A stretch of DNA of 64,000 nucleotides from positions 20,150,001 to 20,214,000 of the forward strand of contig OZ024746.1 in assembly GCA_964016885.1 (NCBI GenBank), given 5' to 3'. Positions 1 through 12,390 of this stretch are shown in pieces. The notes beneath the pieces were generated by a model. That model had not been told where the DNA came from. It was given only the letters and a program-made list of their open reading frames with translations, and made no database searches. Position numbers and translations under genes: made by a program. Positions within the stretch are counted from its first letter, which is position 1. Every line of letters starts with the position of its first letter. The DNA comes from Eledone cirrhosa (taxonomy: Eukaryota).

Positions 1-138
1 TCTCTAATTCTCTATCCTTCTCTAGAAGAAATATGCAGTATTCAAACCTGGAGAGGGATGGGCTCCGCAAAGGCTTAAAATGCTCAAGAAACGCTGTATG
101 CTAATACGGTGCCTCTACGAATCCATTACGAGTTTAGG
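1..138 (+). mobile_element. 3' tail of long-tailed SINE subfamily (family A variant)
   Basis: Reverse-complement similarity to the tails at 13555-13700, 24520-24670 and 59815-59970 (motif ttcaAacctggagaggGatgg). Confidence 0.65.
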
Positions 139-199
139 AAATCAAATATAAACTGTTACATATAAGTTTTTTTTTATTTTATAATTTATGTATTTTTTT

Positions 200-266
200 A
201 CGATTTAATCGACTTCCCCCTCCCCTAAAATGGTTGGCCTTGTGCCAAAATCAGAATCCATTATTA
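200..266 (+). mobile_element. SINE family A 3' fragment
   Basis: cgatttaatcgacttccccc...tggccttgtgccaaaatcagaa matches the 3' end of other copies. Confidence 0.7.
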
Positions 267-485
267 ATTTTTGCCTAATATCAACTCAGCTTCTATAGAA
301 AGTCATGTGATAAAAGGGAGGTAAATAGTCAAATAAGAATAACAAGAAACAGTGACACCTCTGCTTAAGTACTGTTTATTTCTGTCATATTTAGCCATAA
401 TTAAAGTAGCGTTCTTTCCTGTTCTAAACAGCAATGACTGGATTCACTTAATAACAGAAACGGTTATTGCGATGCCTCCTGGGTA

Positions 486-1012
<527 letters not shown>

Positions 1013-1434
1013 CAGGAGTAAAGCAGAAAAAAAAAGATTCGTTCATCTTTCCTTCATTAATAAATGCCCACAGGCAGCAACAACAACAACAACAACAACA
1101 ACAGCAACAACAGCAACGTGTTAACCTTTAGAAATGAACTCATTTCACACTGAACTAGACCCTTCTTATTACAATGACTAATCAGAGAAGCATAGGTGGA
1201 ATTAATTTAGTAGTTTAATCTATTGCCATTGCCATTTATCGCAGAAAAGAAGGAGGTTATCGTAAATAGTGCTAGTGGTCATCAATAGACCAGTTCAGTA
1301 CACTGAGTAGCTTCCAGAACAACACACAGCCTTATAGTAGTTTCTTGTATAGCTCAAGCAGACATCTATAATGAGTTTCCGGAATTTAGGTATTTATGGA
1401 TAGATATATAATTGCTTTACTGTTCCATATGTAT

Positions 1435-1452
1435 CTGTGTAAGTGTAAGTGT

Positions 1453-1492
<40 letters not shown>

Positions 1493-1574
1493 CTGTGTGT
1501 GTGTGTGTGCGTCTGTGTGTGTGTGTAATTACGTAGACACATAAAAAACCCTTTCCACTCACGCAAACAAACGC

Positions 1575-1648
<74 letters not shown>

Positions 1649-1661
1649 GTGTGTGTGTGTG

Positions 1662-1708
<47 letters not shown>

Positions 1709-1770
1709 CTGTGTGTGTGTGTAATTACGTAGACACATAAAAACCCCTTTCCACTCACGCAAACAAACGC

Positions 1771-1801
<31 letters not shown>

Positions 1802-1870
1802 CGTGTGTGCGTGTGTGTGTGTAATTATGTAGACACATAAAAACCCCTTTCCACTCACGCAAACAAACGC

Positions 1871-1948
<78 letters not shown>

Positions 1949-2015
1949 CTGTGTGTGCGTCTGTGTGTGTAATTACGTAGACACATAAAAACCCCTTTCC
2001 ACTCACGCAAACAAA

Positions 2016-2086
<71 letters not shown>

Positions 2087-2100
2087 ATGTGTGTGTGTGT
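1435..2100. repeat. Compound minisatellite: 4 copies of a ~55-bp unique unit separated by variable (TG)n tracts
   Basis: aattacgtagacacataaaaaccccttttccactcacgcaaacaaacgcatat recurs near 1527, 1723, 1823 and 1971. Confidence 0.92.
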
Positions 2101-2199
2101 GTTCTACCACACTCTACTACCCCAAGTATCGAGTACTCTGGTTAGTAATGGTCTAACAGGTTTTTACTTTTACTGACTGCAGCCATTTTGATATATATG

Positions 2200-2243
<44 letters not shown>

Positions 2244-2494
2244 CGTATGCGTGTTTGTATGTGGTTGACAGCTGAGAGAAAGGAGTACTCAATAACGAAG
2301 TAGAGTTTTAATATTCATTTTATTATGGTTGAATAGTCAGTCTTGTTAGTCTGGAGATTCGCTTGTTTGATTATATTATATTAAATCATATATATTAAAG
2401 CAAAGTCAAATCCCGCCGAGGTTAACTTTGCATTTCATCCTGTAATGAACTGGGATAATTGCTGGCCAAAATTAGAAACAATTATATTATATTA

Positions 2495-3082
2495 CTAGCA
2501 GTGGTACCCGGCGTTGCACGAGATAAGGTATTTTGGAACGCGGGCCGCCAACAGACCTAATCGTGGAAAAACTGCATGCCTGGACAATATGTAAAGAAAA
2601 TAAACCGAATACTCTGATGACTGGATAATCTTTAAGATTTTCCTCGATGAAGCAGGAAAAATGCAGGTTTTCACCTAATGCGGGCCTTAGGGAATCAAGA
2701 AAATACATTTTTTTATCTGCATAATATGCCTTGAAATTTCGAGAAAATCGGCTAGAGGTAACGCCTCCAAAAAGCCCTAAAAAGCTGAAAAAAATGAAGT
2801 TTTTCGCCTAATGCGGGCCCTAGGCCATAAAAAGTTGGATTGTCTTTGCTCACGGTATGAAGATGAGACTGACTAATACATAGTTACAATTTCAAGGAAA
2901 TCGGTCTGACGTAACGCCTCAAAAAACCCATAAAAAGCTTTTAAAACGCAGTTTCTCACCTAATGCGGGCGCTAGGAGATCAAAAAGTTGAATTTTTTAT
3001 GTGCATAACACTCCCTGGAACATAAGTAATACACATGTAAAGTTTGAAAAAAATCGGTTGGGTACTACGAGTTTTAGGGATT

Positions 3083-3130
<48 letters not shown>

Positions 3131-3441
3131 TCCTCAGGGAAGTGACTTAATGCAGACAACCAGACATACAGACAGATATTATAAGGGTGCGACGTTATAT
3201 GTATGTATCTATCTAAAAAGAGAAAGACTAAGAATTATATAGAGAGATCGCTAAATCGCCTAATGCGGTCCCTAGGGCATTGAAAAATTGAAATTCTTTT
3301 TGCTCAGAATACTCCCTCAAACATAAGTATTACATGTGTAAAGTTTGAAAACGGTCGGTTGGGTACTTCTCTAGTTTTAGGGATTCAAACTCACACACAC
3401 ACACAGACACACACAGACATCCTCAGTTTTATATATATAGA
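2495..3441 (-). mobile_element. Non-autonomous Helitron
   Basis: Minus strand starts TCTATATATATAAAACTGAGG followed by gtctgt repeats; ends with a GC-rich subterminal segment and ...accactgCTAG. Confidence 0.75.
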
Positions 3442-4525
3442 CTAGCAGAAAACCACCCGGTGGGCGTATTTTCTGCTAGCAAATCTAGTGTATATACTGA
3501 TATTGTTGAGATTTGGATGAGAAATGTTTTCGGCACCACATGTTCACCGTCTTTCGGTGTGTCTTTTATGCATGTATAAATCTATATGTTATCTATACGG
3601 TGAAATCTTTGAAATAAATATATGTTAAAATGAAAAAGGAGAAAATAAATAACTGGCGGTTAGAAAAAAATATTCCTATGAAATTTTAATCATACCATTA
3701 GGTGTGAATAAGGAAATATTTTTTTATTGTCAAAACAAATGTTCAAAAGTTAAACTTCAATTTTTTGAATTATTTCCAATTTTTTCATGAAATTGAACAC
3801 TGGACATTGGCTGCTGGAAATGGAAATTAAATCGTATTTAATTGTATTTAAATTTCTAACTTTATTTTATTATTTATATTTTTTCAATAAGAAATAAAAA
3901 AACACAACAACAAAAATAAAAGGAAAAAATTGAACAAATCAAACGTAGGTTATGGAACTGCGCAATCTGATTAATAAATTACCTCATCAGCAGCAACCTT
4001 CTTCAAATGGTCCTTATTATCAGCAGCAACAACCACAAATTCAATGGCAACATACTTCAAACCACAAATTCAATGGCAACCTTCTTCAAATGGTCCTTAT
4101 TATCAGCAGCAACAACCACAAATTCAATGGCAACATACTTCAAACCACAAATTCAATGGCAACCTTCTTCAAATGGTCCTTATTATCAGCAGCAACAACC
4201 ACAAATTCAATGGCAGCCTTCTTCAAACCATAAATTCAATGGCAACCTTCTTCGCATGGTGTCAAGTCAGAACCGCCTCGAACTGGTTACTTCTGGCTTG
4301 TGCAACCAGCGATTCCCTCGGCCTCAGTGACCAAAGTCAGTGGAGAGGGGAAGGTAATATTTCTGTAGCACGTGTTTTAGCGTCTATTCACTCTCTCTCT
4401 CTCCCCCCCCCGCTATCCCCCTCTCGTAGTCTGTCTCTTTCTGTCACTCTCACTCTCTCTCTACGCACGTGTTTCCACTGTCGGACAGACAGACAGAGAA
4501 ATTGCTGGTTATATATATAAGTAGA
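3442..4525 (-). mobile_element. Non-autonomous Helitron, second unit of tandem array
   Basis: Minus strand starts TCTACTTATATATATAACC plus (ctgt)n; ends with hairpin and ttttctgCTAG joined directly to the TC of the next unit. Confidence 0.7.
3986..4252. repeat. 83-bp tandem repeat (~3 copies) inside the Helitron
   Basis: aaccttcttcaaatggtcc at 3995, 4078 and 4161. Confidence 0.9.
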
Positions 4526-5043
4526 CTAGCAGAAAATCACTCGGCGGGCGGTTTTCTGCTAGTCTATATATCTAAAACAGAGAATGTCTGTCTGTTTGTC
4601 AGCTCACTAAAACTTGAGAACCATCCAACCGATTGTTTTCAAACTTTAGACATGTAATACTTATGGTCCTGTGAGTGTTTTGAGCAAAAATTATTTCCAA
4701 TGTTCAATGCCCTAGGGACCGCATTAGGCGATTTAGCGTTCTCCCTATATAATTCTTAGTCTTTCTTTTTAGATAGATACATAGATATAACGTTGTGCCC
4801 TTATAATATCTGTCTGTATGTCTGGCTGTCTGCATTATGTCATTATGACGCGCTCAGTGTGTGTATATATATATGTATCGTAATGCAGACAGCAAGACAT
4901 AGCTTTCCTTCCCCTCTTCCAGCGTCTCTCTCTCTCCCTCCCGCTATCCCCCTCTTGTAGTCTGTCTCTTTCTTTCACTCTCACTCTCTCTCTCTCTACG
5001 CGTCGGACAGACAGACAGAGAAATTGCTGGTTATATATTATAA
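4526..5043 (-). mobile_element. Composite Helitron unit containing an inverted copy of the first unit's 5' region
   Basis: 4925-5040 repeats 4390-4520; 4700-4840 is the reverse complement of ~3150-3290; CTAG|TC junctions on both strands. Confidence 0.6.
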
Positions 5044-5074
5044 GGAGATATTATTTTATATTATATTATATTAT

Positions 5075-5230
5075 ATGCTTTGACGCATAGAGTTACGGCT
5101 CTTGCCATTCTGAGTTCAAATCCCGCCGAGGTTAACTTTGCCTTTCATCCTTACGGGGTCGATAAAATAAAGTACCAGTAATGCACTGGGATAATTGCTG
5201 GCCTTGTGCCAAAAGTAGCAATAATTATAT
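5075..5230 (+). mobile_element. tRNA-derived SINE family A
   Basis: B-box gagttcaaatccc followed by core gcctttcatccttacggggtcgataaaataaagtaccag. Confidence 0.85.
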
Positions 5231-5432
5231 TATATTATATCATATATTATAAGGTCATTAAGTATGTAATGTCCGATTGTTAATTGAAAGTTTAGTTTAA
5301 TTTCGAACATACTTACCGACCCAATATATATAGAGGGGTATGTAGCTTAATTGGCGGTATGAGCTCCAAATAACTTGGTGAGTACGGTTTGTTTGGCAGG
5401 AGACATTGGAGCAATAACGGTCTTATTTGCGC

Positions 5433-5477
<45 letters not shown>

Positions 5478-5624
5478 AAAGAATAGAGGTGTAACACACG
5501 AGTTATGATATATTGGTAAAAGGAAAAGAAAATGCTGACAAATTGTTCCCAGTGAAAAATAGTTTAATTAGGTATAAGTAAAAATTAGTAATAAGTATTG
5601 GTTAGTATTCAGTTTTGGTTTTAA

Positions 5625-5665
5625 GTTTTTACCGGTTGCGCATTTCTAATGCTTTTCAAAAATAA
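5625..5665 (-). ncRNA. Degenerate type I hammerhead motif (U3-A8 core; GAAA changed to GCAA)
   Basis: Minus: ttt TTGAAAA gcatt-aga-aatgc GCAA ccggT A aaa. Confidence 0.5.
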
Positions 5666-6516
5666 TTTTGAGATAGAGCGCCCGTGATGTTTGCTCTAAT
5701 ACAGATTAGTTTCTCGTATATCAGTATTTATTTTGGGGGATTCTGAATTAATATTTCGTATTGGTTTTCCATATATATTGTACGAGTATTTATGTAGATT
5801 GTATTAGAATTTATGTATTGTAGCGGTATTTATATATATTGTATTAGTCTTTTATATATATTGTACGAGTATTTATGTAGATTGTATTAGAATTTATGTA
5901 TTGTAGCAGTACTTATATATATTGTATTAGTATTCGCGTTTCGGGAGTCTGAATTAATATTTCGTATTAGCTTTTTTTTTTTATTTTTTTTAGTGTGTTG
6001 GCCCCCAACTTGTCGACCTGTCATTGTAAGATAGCATTGGCCGATTACTACTAACTATTGTAGTGGTGGTAGACCCCTGTCATGATGGCCTCATAAAATT
6101 CTTTCACTACAATCTCGTATTTAGTATTCCTTCCTACTTATTAAACTCTTCTATAGCTTAGCAGTACCAGTGAGAGACTTGGTGATTGTGGAAGAGGACT
6201 AGTAACCCGAAATTGTTTTTTGTATTTTTTATATTTTTTTTTATATTTTTTATATATTTACCCCCTTTCAGATTTACTTATTGTTTCAACCCCCTCCCCT
6301 TCTCTAGTATACCTTTTCGACCTTCTATACACTATCCTTAGAATCTGCTGTAGTTTTCACTTTCAACGCTTGACTGGGTTTCCTCCACTCTCTCTTTCTT
6401 CTACTGGCAAGTTCAGCTACCCCTACCTTCCACAAAATGCCATGACAGAATCATGTGTCTTGACAACAAACTGTTGACCAATCCTTGTGACAATCACTTT
6501 TACCATATATGGAATT

Positions 6517-6613
6517 ACCCCCTGAGAAGTTCGGCTATTCACTTACCAGGCTAAAAAAATTTCATTTAGTCCAGAATTAGCCGTCGAAACGGCTTGAGCT
6601 CAGCCGTCGGGGT
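6517..6613 (+). ncRNA. Type I hammerhead motif with C3/A8 core mismatch, at the end of a Penelope-like repeat (element runs to ~6707)
   Basis: Stem I acccc/ggggt; CTGAGAA; stem II cggcta/tagccg; GAAA; stem III acggct/agccgt; GTC triplet. Confidence 0.65.
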
Positions 6614-6856
6614 CCTACTTGTTCCTATTACCCACTCTACTACCCTAAGTATTGAGTACTTTGGTGCGTTATGGTCCATCTGGTTCCTTACCACATTTCC
6701 TTCGTTATATATATATACGTTATGTCCTTGAACAAGACACTTTATTTCACGTTGCTCCTTCTACCTGGAGTTGCCACCGATAGATAGTATTAGCAATTGG
6801 AAAGACCAATGGAAACATTATTTCCTCTGTCCGATTTGATGAAAGTCGATCGACTG

Positions 6857-7020
<164 letters not shown>

Positions 7021-7059
7021 TGTGTGTGTGTGTATGTGTGTATATATATATATATATCT

Positions 7060-7355
7060 AGGGCGGGTAAAATTTCCGAGATCCATGGACAAGTTCTCTC
7101 CAGCTGTCTCTGTCCCTCATTATCGCTGCCATGTTTTGCGTCTCCAACAGACCAGTGTCTGTCCTTAGGGTATCAACATATGTTAACTTCAGTCTTCCTC
7201 TTCCAGTGTCCATGCAGGGGCTCCCACAGGAGCACTGAGTGCAGTGTCAACTCTGGATGTCGGTGAGCATGTCCAGCTAATCTCAGTCTCCTGTGTGTCA
7301 GTTTTGACCTGACTTTTGGAAGGCTCTCGTACAACTCTGAGTTCTTCATCCTCAG
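7060..7355 (-). pseudogene. RTE-clade LINE 3' fragment
   Basis: LYESLPKVRSKLTHRRLRLAGHAHRHPE...LLWEPLHG matches the RTE ORF C-terminal motif; flanked by microsatellites. Confidence 0.8.
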
Positions 7356-7369
7356 TGTATATTGATATG

Positions 7370-7484
<115 letters not shown>

Positions 7485-7496
7485 ATGTATGTATGT

Positions 7497-7660
7497 ATTC
7501 AATCCAGGGCCTTTTCACTCTACCAGAGCAACTCCTCCCTAATTGACCTCCACCATTTTCAGTTTTGGTTTTGGTCATGATAGGGGTGGAGCGGTACTCC
7601 CCACGATTGGCCAATTGCAGGTTGGTGAAGCTATTTAACCAATAGCTGGTCTTTTTATAA
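7497..7660 (-). mobile_element. Fragment of the RTE 5'UTR-like repeat family
   Basis: Reverse complement resembles 25130-25275 and 57690-57838 (ggaggtcaa...gccctggattg). Confidence 0.55.
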
Positions 7661-7952
7661 AACGTTTTTTTTTTCATCATCTCTTTTCTAAAAAAATAAA
7701 TCATACACAAAACGCCAGCACCAACAGTTTTGCAAGAGATGTCAACATGAATGAACCTGTTTTTTTATCTAAAGACATTTTTTCCAATTCCAACCCGCCC
7801 GTCCCCTCAATCTATCTTATTTCTCATTCTTTCTTCTGCTGAAGGACTAGCGTTCGGAACGTTAAGACCTTCTTCCTGCTATATCAAGCGTTAACCTAAT
7901 ATATCCCTTCCATATACTGTACCGATTGTGTTGTTATTTCTGTTTACCTTTT

Positions 7953-9133
7953 ACATACATACATGGTAGCTGCCAACTCGTTTTCGAGTACAGCCACTAC
8001 TTTATATCCATGTAGGAGAACCCCTACAGATGCGCTGAACAAGTGTGACTTTTTAGTCCAGCCAGCTACTTGAAAACTCTGGTACAAACATTCCACTTGT
8101 GACAATTATTGACACATAGTGCTGGGCCCATGGTACCATGTGATGACAAGTGCAGAGAGATCTCCAGATATAAAGCAATGCCTGTGCCGTGAAGCTTTTA
8201 TAGTGAGCAAAGGCAGTGCACAAAGCCAGTCCCACTCTCTTAACCAAGATGATATTTACCAAAAAGAACAAGTCAACATCATTGGATACCATCAGGGTTG
8301 CAGGTGTTATATCAGAGTTTTCCTTCTCCTAGAATTCTGCCTTGATAAAGGCTAAGGGGTCATCTCTCCCGGTGATTTTGGATGGTCATTGACTCTTAAG
8401 AGCTCCTTTGCCCTTTGACAGGTTTTGTTTTTAGTCCTGCAGGATGTCCAAAGTCACCCTCCTCACCAGGAAACCTTGGTGGGGTTGCCAGTTTAGTCGC
8501 CAACGATCCGACCATGGGATAGGTTGTACTGGGATACATGGTGGCTGCCAACTCGTTTTCGAGTACGGCCACTACTTTATATCCATGTAGGAGAACTCCT
8601 ACCGATACGCTGAACGAATGTGACTTTAGTCCAGCCAGCGACTTGAAAACTCTGGTACAAACACTACACTTGTGACATTTATTGACACATAGTGCTAGGC
8701 CCATGGTACCATGTGACGACAAGTGCAGAGAGATCTCCAGATATAAAGCAATGCCTGTGCCGTGAAGCTTTTATAGTGAGCAAAGGCACTGCACAAAGCC
8801 AGTCCCACTCTCTTAACCAAGATGATATTTACCAAAAAGAAGAACAAGTCAACATCATTGGATACCATCAGGGTTGCAGGTGTTATATCAGAGTTTTCCT
8901 TCTCCTAGAATTCTGCCTTGACAAAGGCTAAGGGGTCATCTCTCCCGGTGATTTTGGATGGCCATTGACTCTTAAGAGCTCCTTTGCCCTTTGACAGGTT
9001 TTGTTTTTAGTCCTGCAGGATGTCCAAAGTCACCCTCCTCACCAAGAAACCTTAGTGGGGTTGCCAGTTTAGTCGCCAACGACCCGACCATGGGACAGGG
9101 ATACATACATACATACATACATACATACATACA

Positions 9134-9229
<96 letters not shown>

Positions 9230-9292
9230 GGTGGGGTTCCCAGTTTAGTCGCCAACGACCCGACCATGGAATAGGTTGTACTGGGATACATA
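7953..9292 (-). mobile_element. Tandem RTE-derived non-autonomous element: two ~575-bp units plus a head fragment
   Basis: 7961-8535 is near-identical to 8536-9101; another copy at 45895-46515; (ATGT)n tail; encodes remnant CSVCTRVFKSLAGLKSH. Confidence 0.8.
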
Positions 9293-9320
9293 TTACATAC
9301 ATACATACATATATACATGT

Positions 9321-9401
<81 letters not shown>

Positions 9402-9777
9402 CATACATACATATATACAACTCTATATATTTTCGCTGTCACCTGTGTTATCATGACAAGGAATGCCACCCTGATTTCAACATGAATGGGATTCAGTGTC
9501 AGTAGTTGAAGTACAGCTAGCTTAATTTTAGTTTACATTTGCTTATAAAATGCATTTCTTTACTGATACGTTGCTGTTCCGCTGTCGAGTCGCTACATTG
9601 GCTGAATGGAAAAACATCGAAACTCGGCAAGGTTCGTCCTCCATGACTATTTATTTGTTGATGCAGGAGGGTGTTTCTTGTGTACGGCACCTTCGTTTAT
9701 CAACGGCGTACTGTCCTCCTTTGTCGGACTAACATACTCGTTTGAACAATATGGTGTTTATAGCAACCTTTACATGG

Positions 9778-9849
<72 letters not shown>

Positions 9850-9923
9850 ACAACAGTATATATAGAAACAACAATATATATCTAGAAGCCTTTTCTATAT
9901 TAAATTCTCTATTAAATAAATAA

Positions 9924-9963
<40 letters not shown>

Positions 9964-10019
9964 CAGATTATATTAATGCCTCGAAAAGTCGTTCTTTCAC
10001 TTGAGTTAGCTTCATTAGC

Positions 10020-10054
<35 letters not shown>

Positions 10055-10769
10055 ATTATATAAATTATAACCGCTCGAAATCTTTGTGACTCTTTTTCTG
10101 TATGTAAAGATTTCATTCAACTAATCAAATCTGACTTTAGTAGACTCTGCTCTACTGATGTGGTTCAATAAACCCAAAACATCTACGTTGTTCTTCGTCT
10201 GACTGCAAACAAAGATTACATTTTCCCATAAACATGTAATTTAATTTTGTCAAATTATTTTTTTAATTTCTTGAAAGATCTCTTCTCCTTAGACTCGCTA
10301 ACAATTACGTCTTGGTTGTCGTTTTGGTCACGTACTCATATAACACGCTGTTGGTGTGAAGACATGTTCAACAAATACTTAATGTCATCGTGTTAAATAT
10401 ATACAACGTTTATTTCCATTAATATATCTAAGAGTTCATTGTTGTAGTTTGACTACTCGAAATATCTCTAATATATTAATGATGCTACTTATATAGATAT
10501 GTGTGTCTGTATAAAGTTAAAAGAAAGTGGCCTAGTATGACATGTTTATTATTTTTATGTATGAATCTGCATGTACAGTATATGTTTGTATGAATGTATA
10601 TACATGTGTGTGTATTGTGCGTGTATGTGTGTGTGTGTTTTTTGTATATGCACGTATTCAAAATAAATTATGTGTTGAAATATATGTGCGTTACAAACTA
10701 CCGATGAATCCTCAACGTGGTCGCTCGACCTGCTAGAAATAGTACTTAAGTCTAAAAGTCTAAAGTCTG

Positions 10770-11045
10770 TCTTGTACCCGGAGGTTCATAAGGCCGGTCA
10801 TTATCCTGGTTTCCGTGGCGTTAAGCAATTGAGAGTACAAGACTTCTCCCAAGACAGGACACCAATCCATCTCAGAATTAAATCCTCAGCTGTTTCTGGT
10901 ACTCATTTTCAGCTGAGTATACAGGAGCAACGTGAAATGAAGTGTTTTGCTCAAAAATACAACACACAACCCAGTCCAGGAATCGAACCTTTGCCATTAT
11001 GATCGTAAATTCAACACCCTTACCACTTAGTCACTCGCCTCCACC
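10770..11045 (-). mobile_element. tRNA-derived SINE family B
   Basis: Minus: A-box ggcgagtgactaagtgg, B-box ggttcgattcc, body ttgagcaaaacacttcatttcacgttgctcc; related copies at 19985, 22612 and 62895. Confidence 0.8.
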
Positions 11046-11219
11046 TTTAGCTAACTTCCCTGAAATCATGCAGTACCGTCTTTAAAGGGACACGTTTGAC
11101 AGTGTAGATAATGTAGTTCTATGCATACAAAAACACGACATAATCATGCCGGGACTGTCTTTTTAATGTTTGCTAAATCAGTCTGAATTTGGCCGAAATA
11201 ACGTAATATAGTCATCTGA

Positions 11220-12390
11220 TCGACGGCCACCCAACCCTCTTTCTGTTGAGGAACTGCTTCGCCAAGCCGCCGCTCCTCTATACCCTTCGCAGGGCTCCGT
11301 GCTACACTCACACATCTCTCCTCGCTGACCTCGATTCTTGTATCCGAGAAGCAACCGAGGTGATATGTAATGTCAAGTTTGACATCATTGGATGACAACA
11401 GGCCACTTTACCTGTCAGGTATGGCGGCCTTGGCCTCCGGTCCCCGATCTCACTGGCTTTGCCGGCGTATCTTTCGTCAACAGGGTTCTTCAAAACACAA
11501 TAGAACCCTCTGTGTTCAGAGAACATGAGGCCACCTGTGAGACGTGGGACCGGCTGGGACTCAGCCCAGTAGACGTCCCTCCTCCTTGTCCTCCAGTTGA
11601 CGTCAAGTCCCCCCAAAGCACTTGGGATGCCATCCAGTGCAGCCTGGCCTCAGACAGGCTCACGCACCAGCTTGACCAACACCGCCTTGCCTGTTTTCGT
11701 GCGGCCTCCAAACCCCACAGTGGTGCCTGGCTCCATGCCCTGCCCTCCTTCTCCACTGGCACGCAGCTAGACAACCATAGCCTGCGCATTGGCGCTTCTT
11801 TGGGGCTCGGCCTCCGGATCTGGGAGCCACACCAATGTCGCTGCGGATCCACCGTGGACCCTTTCGGCCTCCACCCGCTTTCCTGTCGCCTTCCACGCCA
11901 TACTGCCCTCAATGAGGTCATAAAGCATGGCTTGGACGCTGCAAGCTTCTCTTCCCAGCTTGAACCGGTGGGGCTGGACCGAGGGGACGTAAAAGACCAG
12001 ATGGCATGACCATCTTCCCGTTCCGCGGTAGTAAACCTCTCGTCTGGGATGCCACCTGCACGGACACTTTCTGCAGCCGCAACCTGGTGCAGTCTGCGAT
12101 TAACCCGGGTTCTGCTGCACGTCGAGCTGAGGGGGCCAAACTCCTCAAATACCGGTCGCTCTCCGACAGGTTTGCGGTTGTATCCCTGGCAGTGGAGACT
12201 TCTGGTGTCCTTGGCCCTAGGGCTACCTCCTTACTCACCACCATAGGCGCTGAGCTGGCCAGCCGCAGGTGTGAGCCCCGCGAGTTGGAGTGGCTTTTCC
12301 AGCGCGTCTCCCTTGCTGTCCTCCGGGGGAATGCCTTCTCCATTCTGACTGCCGGGGCTGTGGCGGAGCCCCATCGCGTATCATTCCATA
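11220..12390 (+). pseudogene. CRE-clade non-LTR retrotransposon 3' portion (RT thumb, zinc knuckle, restriction-like endonuclease), disrupted
   Basis: LLRNCF..LLYTLR, QATLPVRYGGLGLR, SGAWLHALP, CRC..H..C, RH..N, RPDG..LVWDATC, LAVETSG, QRVSLAVLRGNA; one stop and frameshifts; GC-rich island. Confidence 0.88.

Noticed and set aside
1435-2030. CRISPR-like repeat-spacer appearance (also 13829-14285)
   Set aside because: Spacers are microsatellites or absent, no cas genes, eukaryotic context
3952-4330. Gln-rich ORFs
   Set aside because: The 83-bp unit shifts frame with each copy and lies within a Helitron
7830-7950. ctgaagg..cggaacgtt possible decayed hammerhead, related to 55350-55460
   Set aside because: Both core segments are mutated; only repeat similarity is supportable
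9640-10400. Possible minus-strand terminal exons (SPTKEDSTPL.., QTKNNVDVLG..)
   Set aside because: Short frames, weak or ambiguous splice signals and no recognisable homology
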